Source: Pseudomonadota bacterium (GTDB lineage Bacteria; Pseudomonadota; Gammaproteobacteria; Ga0077536). Taken from it: a stretch of DNA of 64,000 nucleotides. Position 1 is the stretch's first letter. Each line of letters starts with the position of its first letter. Both the position numbers and the translations under genes were made by a program. Under the pieces are notes generated by a model that ran no database searches, had not been told where the DNA came from, and saw only the letters and a list, made by a program, of their open reading frames with translations. Of the stretch, positions 1-10,200 are shown piece by piece. The DNA lies in the NCBI GenBank assembly GCA_043782755.1, contig JAYWAC010000199.1:8704-72703 (forward strand). The letters run 5' to 3'.

Positions 1-700
1 GCTTCAAAGGCATGGCGTATGCCCGGCAGCGCCGCATCACCTTCGGCGTTCAAGGAGACCTTGGACAAACGCATAGCCTGCGGACTGTGTCCCAGCAACT
101 TCTGACACCATTGCGCCACCATGTCATCGAGTTCATGGTCGGGTACGGCGCGATTGATCCAACCGAGCGCGGCTGCGTCACGCGCCGAACAAGGTTCGCC
201 GAGCAGGATGATTTCCTTGGCGCGGCGCTCGCCGACAATCTGTGCCAACAACTGCGTGCCATACCAGATGGGCGCATTGCCAAGGCGCGAATCGGTATGG
301 GCGAAGCGCGCCGACTCGGCGGCAATAGCCAGATCGCACAGCAGATTGAGTTCGTTGCCACCACCCACACACCAACCACGGATCTTCGCGACCACCGGCT
401 TGCCGCAGCCGCGTATGGCTTCGGCGAGTCGCATAAGCACGCGCCCGATGCGATGGCCTTCCTCAGTGTCAAAGGCATCTTCCATAGCGACATCGCCACC
501 GGTAGAGAAAGCGCGTTCACCACTACCGGTCAACACGATCACGCCGACCTCTCTATCGGCATCGGCGCGATCGAAGGCGGCGATCAGTTCGTGCATGGTC
601 TGTTCGCGGAAGGCGTTGTGCACGGCAGGCCGATCGATAGTGATGGTCGCCACGCCGTCGACGACCGCATACAACACATCGACAGGATCATGATTCATAG
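1..700 (-). CDS. Enoyl-CoA hydratase/isomerase (crotonase) family protein, 3'-partial (C-terminus runs off the window start)
   Basis: Minus-strand frame from the ATG at 700 reads MNHDPVDVLYAVVDGVATITIDRPAVHNAF...LTGSGERAFSTGGDV...GWCVGGGNELNLLCDLAIAAESARF, a typical crotonase fold. The listed + ORF 12..725 is its shadow. Confidence 0.7.
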
Positions 701-744
701 CAGCCAGGCGCCGCCGCCGCACTGATCATAGCGGCGGCCCCAGT

Positions 745-2349
745 TCATGCGCGCAGCTCGAATCCTTCGTAGCCCTTGTCCGCTACTTCGTTGAACATCG
801 CGCGATAGGACGGCACGCTGCCGGCATACATGAGGTATTGCCCGGTGCCGCCATCGCGGTTGTTGTTGCCGAAGAACCAGGAATCACGCATCTCATCGAT
901 CAACATGCCCTTGACCGACTGATGACATTTCTCGGTCCAGGCATCTTCCGCTTCTTGGGTGGCCTGGATGGTCTTGTAGCCGTTGTCGAGCAAGTAGCGT
1001 ATGCAGCGCGTGATCCAATCGGTATTGCTCTCCACGCAACGGGTGATGTTGCAGAAAGTGCCGGGGTTATGTGGACCCATGATCGCAAACAGATTGGGGA
1101 AGCCGGCGAACTGCACGCCGAGATTGGTGCGCGGCCCGTTCGCCCACCTGTCCTTCAAGGCCACGTCGCCTTCGCCACGAATGTCGATACGCATCAGCTC
1201 ACCAGTCAGACTCTGGAAACCGGTGCAGTAGATGATGATGTCGAAATCATAGCTGGCGTCTGAGGTTTCGACGCCGGTCTCGGTGATCTTGACTATCGGC
1301 GTGGCGCGCAGATCGACCACATCGATATTGCCCTGGTTGAAAGCCTCGTAGTAGTTTTTTTCACCAGGCGGACGCTTGGTGCCGTAGGGATGATTCTTCG
1401 GAATCAACTTCTCGGCCTTGATCGGATCCTTCACGCGCTGGCGGATCTTCGAAGCCAGAAACTCACTGATCTCGTCGGCCAGCACACGGTTGGTGAAGAC
1501 GTCATTGAAGTTGCCTAGCCACAGCGCGAAGCCGCCGCGCTCATAGAGTTCCTGGTATTTGGCCAGGCGTTCGGCCTGCGGCACTTCGCCACTGGCGCGC
1601 GTGTCCATGTCGTGGATAAAGGCCGCCGAGGTACGTTTGCAGAGTTCGAAGATCTCCTCCGCCTTGCCCTTCATCTCTTCCTGTTCCTGCGCACTGACCG
1701 GTCCGTTGCGCAGTGGCGTGCACCAGTTGGCGGTGCGCTGAAACAGTTTCAGCTCACCGACCTCGGGCGCGATGGTCTGCAGAATCTGCACGGCGGTCGG
1801 GCCGCTGCCAATGATCGCGACGCGCTTGCCTTTGAAGTCTATCGGCTCTTTCGGCCAGCGTGCGCTGTGCAGCGAACGTCCTTTATAGTCCTGCACACCT
1901 TCATAAGGCGGCAGTTGAAAGGCCGACAGCAGACCGGTAGCGCACAGCACGAAGCGCGCGCGCGATTTCTTGCCATCGAGGGTCTCGACCGTCCACATGC
2001 GGTCCGCATCGTTGAACACCGCGTGTTCGACACGGGAATTGAATTCAATATTGCGCTTGAGATCGAACTTGTCGGCCACGAAGTGGATGTAGCGCTCGAT
2101 CTCCGGCTGACTGGCGAACTTCTCGGACCAGGTCCATTCGTCGGTCAATTCCTTGGAGAACGAATACTGATAGCTGTACGACTCGGAATCGAAACGGGCG
2201 CCTGGATAGCGGTTCCAGTACCAGGTGCCACCGACGTCGGTGCCGGCTTCGAAGCCCTGTACCGACAGACCGAGTTCGCGCATGCGGTACTGCGCATAAA
2301 GGCCGGAGATGCCGGCCCCGATGATAATGACGTCAACACTGTCGTTCAT
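745..2349 (-). CDS. Type I Baeyer-Villiger monooxygenase (FAD/NADPH-dependent, cyclohexanone-monooxygenase-like)
   Basis: Two Rossmann motifs (IIIGAGISGLY and AIIGSGPTAV) and the BVMO fingerprint FxGxxxHxxxW(P) as YKGRSLHSARWP; 534 aa. Confidence 0.85.
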   Translation of the reverse strand: MNDSVDVIIIGAGISGLYAQYRMRELGLSVQGFEAGTDVGGTWYWNRYPGARFDSESYSYQYSFSKELTDEWTWSEKFASQPEIERYIHFVADKFDLKRNIEFNSRVEHAVFNDADRMWTVETLDGKKSRARFVLCATGLLSAFQLPPYEGVQDYKGRSLHSARWPKEPIDFKGKRVAIIGSGPTAVQILQTIAPEVGELKLFQRTANWCTPLRNGPVSAQEQEEMKGKAEEIFELCKRTSAAFIHDMDTRASGEVPQAERLAKYQELYERGGFALWLGNFNDVFTNRVLADEISEFLASKIRQRVKDPIKAEKLIPKNHPYGTKRPPGEKNYYEAFNQGNIDVVDLRATPIVKITETGVETSDASYDFDIIIYCTGFQSLTGELMRIDIRGEGDVALKDRWANGPRTNLGVQFAGFPNLFAIMGPHNPGTFCNITRCVESNTDWITRCIRYLLDNGYKTIQATQEAEDAWTEKCHQSVKGMLIDEMRDSWFFGNNNRDGGTGQYLMYAGSVPSYRAMFNEVADKGYEGFELRA

Positions 2350-2532
2350 GATGAAAACACTCCTCCCCGGAGATTTGAGCGAGCACGGATGTGGAGGATA
2401 GCAGTCTGTCCCGGGCCTGGGGATGACCCCTACCCGATGGATAGCGCAGGGCCCCGCGTACCGCGTCGACTCGAGTGACCGGGAGAGCGCTGGCCACCCC
2501 GGCGCTCAGCGGGGCGATACCACCCGTCGGGG

Positions 2533-2847
2533 TCAGCTGTCGTCCTCTCCCAGCTTGCCAGGCCGTCCCCTGTAAGCACGCATGCGGTCGCGAAAGCCGG
2601 GCTTGATCGTTGCGCCCGGCTCAGCGTCGGTGAAGTTCTCAAGGCGAATGATTTTCTTGTGGCGCCCCAGCGCATCGAGCTGCCCGGGCTGTGCTTCCTG
2701 CACCGGTGTCGGCGGTCGCGCGGTCTGAAACGAGATCGAGAAATGGGCGTGCCCGCAATGAGGACAGGCCGGCTCCTTGCGTGCCGACCATTCCTTGGTT
2801 GCGCTTAGCTTCCCGCATTGGCGACATTTGCATTCGGCCATGGCCAT
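2533..2847 (-). CDS. Small zinc-ribbon protein (CxxC...CxxC), function unknown
   Basis: MAMAECKCRQCGKL...ACPHCGH carries paired CxxC motifs. The internal ATG at 2847 is preceded by GGAGGA (7-nt spacer); the longer ORF start at 2952 would overlap the upstream DUF488 gene. Confidence 0.4.
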   Translation of the reverse strand: MAMAECKCRQCGKLSATKEWSARKEPACPHCGHAHFSISFQTARPPTPVQEAQPGQLDALGRHKKIIRLENFTDAEPGATIKPGFRDRMRAYRGRPGKLGEDDS

Positions 2848-2876
2848 GCTCATTCCTCCGCGTTCGACGAGCGCAT

Positions 2877-3272
2877 TCAAACACGTCGGCTGGCGATGAT
2901 GCGAGCCAACTCGTGTCGATGGCATTCCAGCTGCTCTTCCGCGCAGTGACACATGAGCGTCACCCCGCCGCGCTCCGCCAGCATCTTGATCAGACGCAGC
3001 GTGAATTTCTGCCCGTGGTTCTTGATGGTCTGGCTGCGCGCATCTACCGGACCATCCATGAACAGTTCTTCACGATAGCCACGAATGAAGGCCGCCCACG
3101 AGATGCGACCCTCCTGCATGTCGCGCAACAGAGTCTCGCTCGGACCGAGAGTCGGCATCCACACATCGTAGCGTTCACGGCTCATGCCGCGACCACGAAA
3201 GCGGGTGGCGAGGATACGCAGACCATCGTGCTCGGCAGCGATGGGACTATGGACAGATTTCGTTTGCAGCAT
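2877..3272 (-). CDS. DUF488 (YeaO-like) family protein
   Basis: GLRILATRFRGRGMSRERYDVWMPTLGPSETLLR...GGVTLMCHCAEEQLECHRHELA matches the conserved DUF488 signature (R..WPRG.SKE, L.P...LR; C-terminal CHR). Confidence 0.55.
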   Translation of the reverse strand: MLQTKSVHSPIAAEHDGLRILATRFRGRGMSRERYDVWMPTLGPSETLLRDMQEGRISWAAFIRGYREELFMDGPVDARSQTIKNHGQKFTLRLIKMLAERGGVTLMCHCAEEQLECHRHELARIIASRRV

Positions 3273-3306
3273 AGTCAGTGTGTGCTTGCGTGCAGCATCC
3301 GCCTGA

Positions 3307-3765
3307 TCATTTCAGGCTGTGCTCACACTGCACCGAGGTGCGGTAGACGACACCATCTTTCGGCGAGATGAACACGCCATAGTCGCGATGATGGGCGGTC
3401 TTGTTGGACTTGCCCGGTACGATGGCGATGCAGCCGCCATAGAGCACGGCATACAGTTCGGCATCGACGTTGGAGTGACGAAAGCCAACCACGGTGTTGG
3501 CGCCGCCGACATTCTTGATGCCGATCTCAAGCACACCATCGAGCTTGTATTCGCAGTAGCGGCCGTTGGCCTCGCTCTGCTCGCAGGACACGGCGCTCTT
3601 TACGCGCTCATAGAGGCTGGGTTCGGCGGCAGCGGCGATCATCGGTAGCCAAATGAATCCGCTCACGGCGCGAGCCAGCAGTGTGCGGATGCGCGGCTCT
3701 TGGCGTCGTGTAACGCCGCGAACGAGCCGCGCTGCTACGGAAGCGTAAGCTGTAGTCATGCTCAA
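3307..3765 (-). CDS. Hypothetical secreted protein (N-terminal signal peptide, 4 Cys)
   Basis: N-terminal basic region followed by a hydrophobic stretch, AVSGFIWLPMIAAAA/EP. No recognisable domain. Confidence 0.4.
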   Translation of the reverse strand: MSMTTAYASVAARLVRGVTRRQEPRIRTLLARAVSGFIWLPMIAAAAEPSLYERVKSAVSCEQSEANGRYCEYKLDGVLEIGIKNVGGANTVVGFRHSNVDAELYAVLYGGCIAIVPGKSNKTAHHRDYGVFISPKDGVVYRTSVQCEHSLK

Positions 3766-3838
3766 GGATCCCTCTTTCGAAGAATCTTAACCGCAATGCC
3801 GTCCACCTGGCGTGGGCGGCATTGCGACGCCGTGGGTC

Positions 3839-5842
3839 TCAGCTGGCGGCCGCCAGATAGGCCGCCTCGTCGAACGACGCCGGATAGTCGAAGTCGCTGA
3901 CCGTGATACGCCCGGCGCGAATGAGGCTTTCGGCATATTCGCCGCGATTGATCATCTTCAAGGGCGGCCGCGCGCCACGCAGCTGGTCGCGCAGCGCGCG
4001 CGTGGCATCCTCGTCCACTTCAAAGCTGCGGTTCTTGTCGCTCACCGTATTCAGCACCACGCCGTAGTCCTGGCGCGCACTCTCGACCGAGACCAGACCA
4101 CGCACTACGTCCATGCGCACCTTGTCGGTCACGCGCGCCAGCGGGTCACCCCAGCCGCCACCGCCGGGGGTCAGGATGCGCACGATATCGCCGGCTTTGA
4201 CCGGCACCGCTTCGCGCTTGTAGAGCACATGCTGCTCCTGCGGGGTAGCGGGATTGATGAGCGCGCCGCCGGAACGACCGGCCTGGCCACCATTGACGCC
4301 AAAGCAGGAGAAGATGGTGCGATAGGAAACCGTCAGGAAGTGGCCGTCGACCAGAATCTCGACGTCCTTGAGATAACCCAGACCACCGCGATAGGCGCCC
4401 GGTCCGCCGGAGTCGGGGAACATACCGACGCGATGCACAATGACCGGAAAGCGCTGCTCGATGAATTCGGTCGGCAGGTTCTTGGAATCGGGCACCAGAT
4501 CAACCGTGTCCGTGCCATCGGCGAAGGGCCGCCCGCCCGAGCCAGCGCCAAAGATTTCGCGATAGAGAAAATCCTTGCCGTCGAGATCCTTGCCGTAAAA
4601 ACCATAGAGCTGGATGCACTGCGAATCGCCGACCATCTGGCCATTGGTGGCCTTGGCCATGGCCGCCATATAGGCGCCTATCATGCGCAACATGCAGTCC
4701 ATGCGATCGGCGCCCGCAGCCGGATACTCGGCCGACAGCACTGTGCGCGGCGGCAGATAGGCTTTGAACACGCGGGTCAGACCTTCGTTGACGATCATGC
4801 CCGGCACGTGCGCTTTGACGAAGCCGCCTAACCACTTCGAGTAGTGACGGCCATCCATCACCCAGTTGACCGGGCCTGGTACCTGCGGATCGGTGCCGGC
4901 GAAATCGACGATGATCTTCTCGCGATCCTTGCGCACCGTGAGCTTGATCTTGATCGGCTTGTCGAGCGAGATGCCGTCGTTTTCGAGAAAGTCCTCGCCG
5001 ATGTATTCGCCATCGGGAATATGCGGCAGCGCTTCCTCGCGTACGATCTCCTCGCAGCGGTCCATGATGCGATAGAAAGCCGCCTCGACCACGTCGGTAC
5101 CATAACGGCGACACAGTTCCTCGACCCGGCGCGCAATGATGCGTGTGGCGCCGACAAAGGCATCGATATCGCCGCGCAGATCGTCCGGATAACGGCTGTT
5201 GCGCAGGATGATCTTCCAGGCCTCCTCGTTGCGCTCGCCCTTGGCGTAGAACTTGATCGGCGGTACCTGGATGCCTTCCTCGAACACCGTGGTGGCGGTC
5301 AAGGGCCAGCTGCCCGCGACCTTGCCGCCGACGTCATTACAATGGCCAAACACCTGGGAGAACCCGATCAGGCGTCCGTCGGAGAAGATCGGTACCACCA
5401 CGCAGAAGTCCGGCAAGTGACCGATGGTGCCACTCGACTCATGGATGTCGTTGTAGAGATACACATCACCTGCGTAAATCTCGTTCAGCGCGTAGTAGTT
5501 GCGTATCGGATCGGCGGTCGCCGCCCACGACACGCGCGTCACGCTATTGCAGTCGACGGTGTTCAGCGAGGCACGATAGTCATGCTGTTCGCGCACGATG
5601 GTCGAGACCGCAGTGCGTTCGACCGCCGCTTCGCCTTCGTCGATGGCGGCTTCCAACGCCCATTCGAGGACGTCGAGCGTGACACTGTCGATGCTGTCCT
5701 TGAGCGCGCGAATGCGCGGCCAGTGCTCGTCGTCGCGCGTGAAGCTCACTTTGCGATGCGGCGCGTAGTCGTCGGTCAGATAGCGCGACTCGTCAAAGAT
5801 GATCGAAGTCGCAAGATTTTTTTGCGGGCTGGGGGGTGTCAT
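3839..5842 (-). CDS. hyuB: Hydantoinase B / oxoprolinase family protein (HyuB-like subunit)
   Basis: About 668 aa from MTPPSPQK. Hydantoinase_B-like throughout (GGPGAYRGGLG...; DFCVVVPIF). Start ATG lies 4 nt after the HyuA stop. The listed 737-aa ORF has an implausible N-extension overlapping hyuA. Confidence 0.85.
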   Translation of the reverse strand: MTPPSPQKNLATSIIFDESRYLTDDYAPHRKVSFTRDDEHWPRIRALKDSIDSVTLDVLEWALEAAIDEGEAAVERTAVSTIVREQHDYRASLNTVDCNSVTRVSWAATADPIRNYYALNEIYAGDVYLYNDIHESSGTIGHLPDFCVVVPIFSDGRLIGFSQVFGHCNDVGGKVAGSWPLTATTVFEEGIQVPPIKFYAKGERNEEAWKIILRNSRYPDDLRGDIDAFVGATRIIARRVEELCRRYGTDVVEAAFYRIMDRCEEIVREEALPHIPDGEYIGEDFLENDGISLDKPIKIKLTVRKDREKIIVDFAGTDPQVPGPVNWVMDGRHYSKWLGGFVKAHVPGMIVNEGLTRVFKAYLPPRTVLSAEYPAAGADRMDCMLRMIGAYMAAMAKATNGQMVGDSQCIQLYGFYGKDLDGKDFLYREIFGAGSGGRPFADGTDTVDLVPDSKNLPTEFIEQRFPVIVHRVGMFPDSGGPGAYRGGLGYLKDVEILVDGHFLTVSYRTIFSCFGVNGGQAGRSGGALINPATPQEQHVLYKREAVPVKAGDIVRILTPGGGGWGDPLARVTDKVRMDVVRGLVSVESARQDYGVVLNTVSDKNRSFEVDEDATRALRDQLRGARPPLKMINRGEYAESLIRAGRITVSDFDYPASFDEAAYLAAAS

Positions 5843-5847
5843 GGGGT

Positions 5848-7922
5848 CATGCCTCGTGCGCGATTTGGGTAACGATGAGCTGGCCGTGTTCGTCGAGGAT
5901 CGCCCGCCAACCGGGGTCGAGGACGAACGTGGCGTCGTACTGTTCAATGATGGCCGGGCCGGCCAGTGGCACAGCGAGCGGCGCCGTGCTGCGTTCATAG
6001 ACCGGCAGATCCACTTCGCCCACGCCGCGAAACACGCCGCGCCGCACTTCACGAAGTGCGCCTTGCCAGCTGCAGCCTACACGGTCGGCCGACGCGAGTT
6101 TCAAGCGCGGGAAAAGACCGAAACCGGTAGCACCGATGTTGACGATCTCTACCGGTTGCTTGCCTTCATACTCATAACCGAAGCGATCGTCATGGGCACG
6201 ATGGAAGGCCTTGATGGCATGGCGCACGGCGACTTCGCTCAAAGCGCTGTCGAGGATGGTGACCGGCACACGCACCTCATAGGCCTGGCCGACATAGCGC
6301 ATGTCGGCAAAAGCGCTGATGGCGGTCTCTTCGGTAGGAAACCCTTCGCGTTCCAGATCGCCTTCGACCTGCTGGTAGACGCTGGCGAACTCGCGCGCGA
6401 GTCGCGCCACATCGAGGGTGTCCTCGCGCTGCACATCGGTTACCACGCGATCGGAACGCACGTCGGTCGACAACAGACCTTCGGCCGAGGTCACTCCCGG
6501 TGCCGGTGGCAGCACGATGGTCCGGATGCCTAAAGAGTCGGCGACCAGGCAGGCGTTCAAGCCACCCGCACCGCCAAAGGCCATCAATGCGTAACGGCGC
6601 GGATCACGCCCGCGTTTGACCGACACCACGTTGATACCCTGGGCGATATTGTTGGTGGCGAGATCGAGGATGCCGAGTGCGGCATCTTCCACACTCATGC
6701 CCAGCGGTGTCGCGATGTGTTGATCGATGGCGCGCCTTGCGGTGGCAATGTCGAGTCGTATCGCGCCGCCGAGCAGGTAGGGCGACACCCGTCCCAGCAC
6801 GATATGGGCATCGGTCAAGGCCGGTGCCGTACCACCACGGCCATAACACACGGGTCCCGGTTGTGCGCCCGCGCTCTGTGGCCCGACGCGCAGACTGCGT
6901 CCTGCCGCCAGCCACGCGATAGAACCCCCACCGGCACCGACAGTGTGCATGTCTATCATCGGCGCCTTGATGTTGTAGATGTCGATGCGACCCTCGGTCA
7001 GCATATTGGGCTGGCCGTGATCGATGAGACAGATGTCGGTCGAAGTGCCACCGATATCTATGGTGATGAGATCCGGATACCCGGCCGCCTTGCCGTAATA
7101 AGTGGCGGTGACGATGCCGGCCGCAGGGCCAGACAACACCGCCGCTATCGGCTGCGGTGCCATCTCCGCAGCGCGGATGATGCCACCGCTCGATTTCATC
7201 ACGAACAGTCGCGCATCGATCTTGGCCGCTTCGAGACGACTCTCAAGGTTTTGCAGATAACTGGTCACCAGCGGCATGAGGCCGGTGTTCAAACAGGTGC
7301 TGAGCGTGCGTTCGTATTCGCGGTATTCGCGAATGACATCCGACGAGATCGAGACGAAGCAGGCGGGATGCTCGTCGAGTATCAACTCGCGGGCACGACG
7401 CTCATGGGCCGGATTGCGATAGGAGTGGATGAAGGACACCGCGATCGCTTCGACACCCATCTCGCGGAAGTCCCGTGCCGCAGCGCGTACTGCGGTTTCA
7501 TCGAGCGGCGTGTGTTCGTTACCGCGAAAGTCGAGACGCCCCGGCGCTTCGCGGATCAATTCCAGCGGCACCACGCGCGGCGGCTTCAACCACCAGGTGA
7601 TGTCACCGAAATCACCCGGCACCGTCTGGCGCCCGACCTCAAGCATTTCGCGATAGCCCTGCGTGACTATCAAACCGAGTCGCGCGTATTTCGATTCGAG
7701 AATGGCATTGGTCGCGACGGTGGTGCCGTGACTGATGAAGCTCACGTCGGCGGCGCCGACGCCTACCTCTTCCAGCAGTTCGCGTATGCCGTTGGTGAAG
7801 GCAAGCGAAGGATCGTCGGGGGTGGAGGAAGTCTTGCGTACGAAGCGTTGTCCGGTGGCTTCGTTGACCGCCACCAGGTCGGTGAAAGTGCCGCCCGTAT
7901 CGACCCCGATGCGCCAAGCCAT
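5848..7922 (-). CDS. hyuA: Hydantoinase A / oxoprolinase family protein (HyuA-like subunit, ATP-binding ASKHA fold)
   Basis: MAWRIGVDTGGTFTDLV is the typical HyuA N-terminus; 691 aa; DIGGTSTD second phosphate motif. Confidence 0.85.
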
Positions 7923-8068
7923 AATGCCTCCTCGTGGCCAAAGTGGACGAAACGGGCCGTATTCTAGGGTGCTGAAAGTACGATGGCCTGCGCGGGCGGG
8001 CCATCACGCCCAAGCTTCAAGCCTAGTCCTTTGCACGCGCCTGTTCACCTACTTCGAATCACGCGCCA

Positions 8069-10189
8069 TCAGGGGCCGTCCTTGCCTTCATCCAGCGCAA
8101 ACACCCACAGCGTGGTCGCGCCACCCGGGTTCTCGATCTCCGGCGTCAAGGTCTGCCATGACACATCGACTGGACCGCCACCACCGCTGGTGATCGCGAC
8201 ATACTGACGACCGTCTCGCGCATAGCTGATGGGGAACGCATTGGGTGTCAGATCGAGACGCGTCTGCCACAGCGGCTTGCCGCTCGCACTGTCGGAGGCA
8301 CGGAAGTAACGATCGCGCGAACCTTCGAAGACGAGACCGCCCGCCGTGGCGAGCACGGCACTGGCCTCGGACGCACGACGACGTTGCTGCCAGCTCAGCT
8401 TGCGCGTCTCGAGATTGAGCGCGGCAACACGTCCGAACTTGCCATCGCTGTCGGGCCGCGGCAGCACGGTGTACTGGATATCCCAGGCCTCCTCCGGTTT
8501 CCACAGATAACTCATGCAGGATTCAAACATCGGGATATAGAGCGTGTGGCTGCGCGAGTCGTAAGAGGTTGACGGCCAGCTGCGTGCGCCACCGGGAAAG
8601 GGGCACACCATCTTCGGCTTGCCGGCTTCCGGTTCGAGCTTGGGATCGGTGGTCTTGCGGCCGGTCTTTGTATCGATGGCCGTCACCAGGTTCTGCAAGC
8701 CCATGTCGTGGGAAAACAGATAACGCCCGGTACGTGCGTCAAGCGCGTCGAGGATACCGAGCTTGCCCATGGTCACCACCACGCGGGTTGGGCCTTCGAC
8801 AGTCGGCAGGGTCAGCACGGTGCGCTCAAAGGCCCAATCCAGATCCCACACTTCGCGTGTATGGTGTTGGTAATGCCATACCAGTTGGCCGGTGTCGGGA
8901 TTCAGCGCGAGTGTAGTGTCGGTATAAAGCGCGTCGTTGGACGCCTCATTGGCGCCATTACGCTTCATCAGCGGTGCGATGTGATAGGTCTGACCTGTCC
9001 CGAAATAGACCAGATTGAGCTCTGCATCGTAGGTGCCGGCCAGCCACACCGAACCACCAAAGCGTTCTGCAAGCGGCGCGCCGTTCCACGAATCGCCGCC
9101 GACCTGACCCGGCCGTGCGATGGTATTGAAGCGCCACAGCTCCTTGCCCGTCGCGGCGTCCATGGCCAGGATGAAACAACCACCCGCATGGCCTGCGCCC
9201 GAACAACCAGACACGCCCTGTATCACTTTGCCATGGACCACGATCGGACCTGCGGTGAGGCGCAACACACCACCGGATTCCTCGATCATGTGATCCCACA
9301 ACAGACTGCCAGTGCGCGCATCAAGTGCGAGCATGTGATTGTCGAGGGTTGGCACAAACAGCGTGGTAGCGAAAAGCGCGAGATTGCGCGGCTGCGTGGT
9401 CGGTGGGCCTGCCGGTGTGACTGGCGCTGCAACGCGCGAATATTTCCACAGCATATCGCCGTTGCGCGCATCGATGGCCAACACCGCGCCATTGCTGTCG
9501 ACGAACATCACACCGTCATGCACCAGCGGAGTGATCTGATTGGTACCCGCCGTCAGCGACAGACTCCAGACCAAGCGCAGCTGGCGCGCATTATTGGTAT
9601 TGATTTGCGTCAGCGGGCTGAAACCATGGCCGTCGTCGGTGCGTCGCCAGTTCAGCCAGTCGTCGTCACGCGGTTGACGCAGCATGGCTTCGCTGACCGG
9701 CGTCATCGCTTTCAATAGTGCCGCGTGCGCCTGTTTCGCGTCGTGATAGATAGCATCTTCATTACGACTCGGATCGCCCGCGCCACCCGAGGCTGAACCG
9801 CCCTCGCTGGTGGGCGCGGCTTGCGCGCTTGCATCAGCAGCTGTCGTCGTCGGCAAACCCGGCAGACGGTTGTGCGTCAAGATGAAATCCGTCAGGGCCG
9901 CATAGGTCGGCGCGTCGAGGCCACCGGGTTTGGCCGGCGGCATGCTGCTCGTGATCAAGTCGCGCATCGCCGTCGCGCTGCGGGCCTGCCACTTCTTGAC
10001 GAAATCCTGGCCTGACAGCGGCGGCCCGAAAGCGCCACCGAGATGCACACCATGACAGGCCGCGCACTGCGCGGTATAGGCGCTCTCGCCGAGATCGGTG
10101 GCAGGTATGTCGGCCCGCACAGCACTCGCCGCCAGGCCGCACAACAACACACTGAACAGATGCGCCGCGCGCGCAGTAACGAAGCTCAT
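8069..10189 (-). CDS. Quinohaemoprotein-type PQQ-dependent dehydrogenase with N-terminal cytochrome c domain (signal peptide)
   Basis: Signal peptide MSFVTARAAHLFSVLLCGLAASAVRA, haem-binding CAACH, then beta-propeller PQQ repeats (W motifs, ALDARTG, ...). About 706 aa. Confidence 0.8.
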   Translation of the reverse strand: MSFVTARAAHLFSVLLCGLAASAVRADIPATDLGESAYTAQCAACHGVHLGGAFGPPLSGQDFVKKWQARSATAMRDLITSSMPPAKPGGLDAPTYAALTDFILTHNRLPGLPTTTAADASAQAAPTSEGGSASGGAGDPSRNEDAIYHDAKQAHAALLKAMTPVSEAMLRQPRDDDWLNWRRTDDGHGFSPLTQINTNNARQLRLVWSLSLTAGTNQITPLVHDGVMFVDSNGAVLAIDARNGDMLWKYSRVAAPVTPAGPPTTQPRNLALFATTLFVPTLDNHMLALDARTGSLLWDHMIEESGGVLRLTAGPIVVHGKVIQGVSGCSGAGHAGGCFILAMDAATGKELWRFNTIARPGQVGGDSWNGAPLAERFGGSVWLAGTYDAELNLVYFGTGQTYHIAPLMKRNGANEASNDALYTDTTLALNPDTGQLVWHYQHHTREVWDLDWAFERTVLTLPTVEGPTRVVVTMGKLGILDALDARTGRYLFSHDMGLQNLVTAIDTKTGRKTTDPKLEPEAGKPKMVCPFPGGARSWPSTSYDSRSHTLYIPMFESCMSYLWKPEEAWDIQYTVLPRPDSDGKFGRVAALNLETRKLSWQQRRRASEASAVLATAGGLVFEGSRDRYFRASDSASGKPLWQTRLDLTPNAFPISYARDGRQYVAITSGGGGPVDVSWQTLTPEIENPGGATTLWVFALDEGKDGP

Positions 10190-10200
10190 TTTGCTTATCC

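Noticed and set aside
12-725. 237-aa + strand ORF at the window start
   Set aside because: No recognisable motifs; it is the antisense shadow of a clear crotonase-family gene read on the minus strand (MNHDPVDVLYAVVDG... from the ATG at 700).
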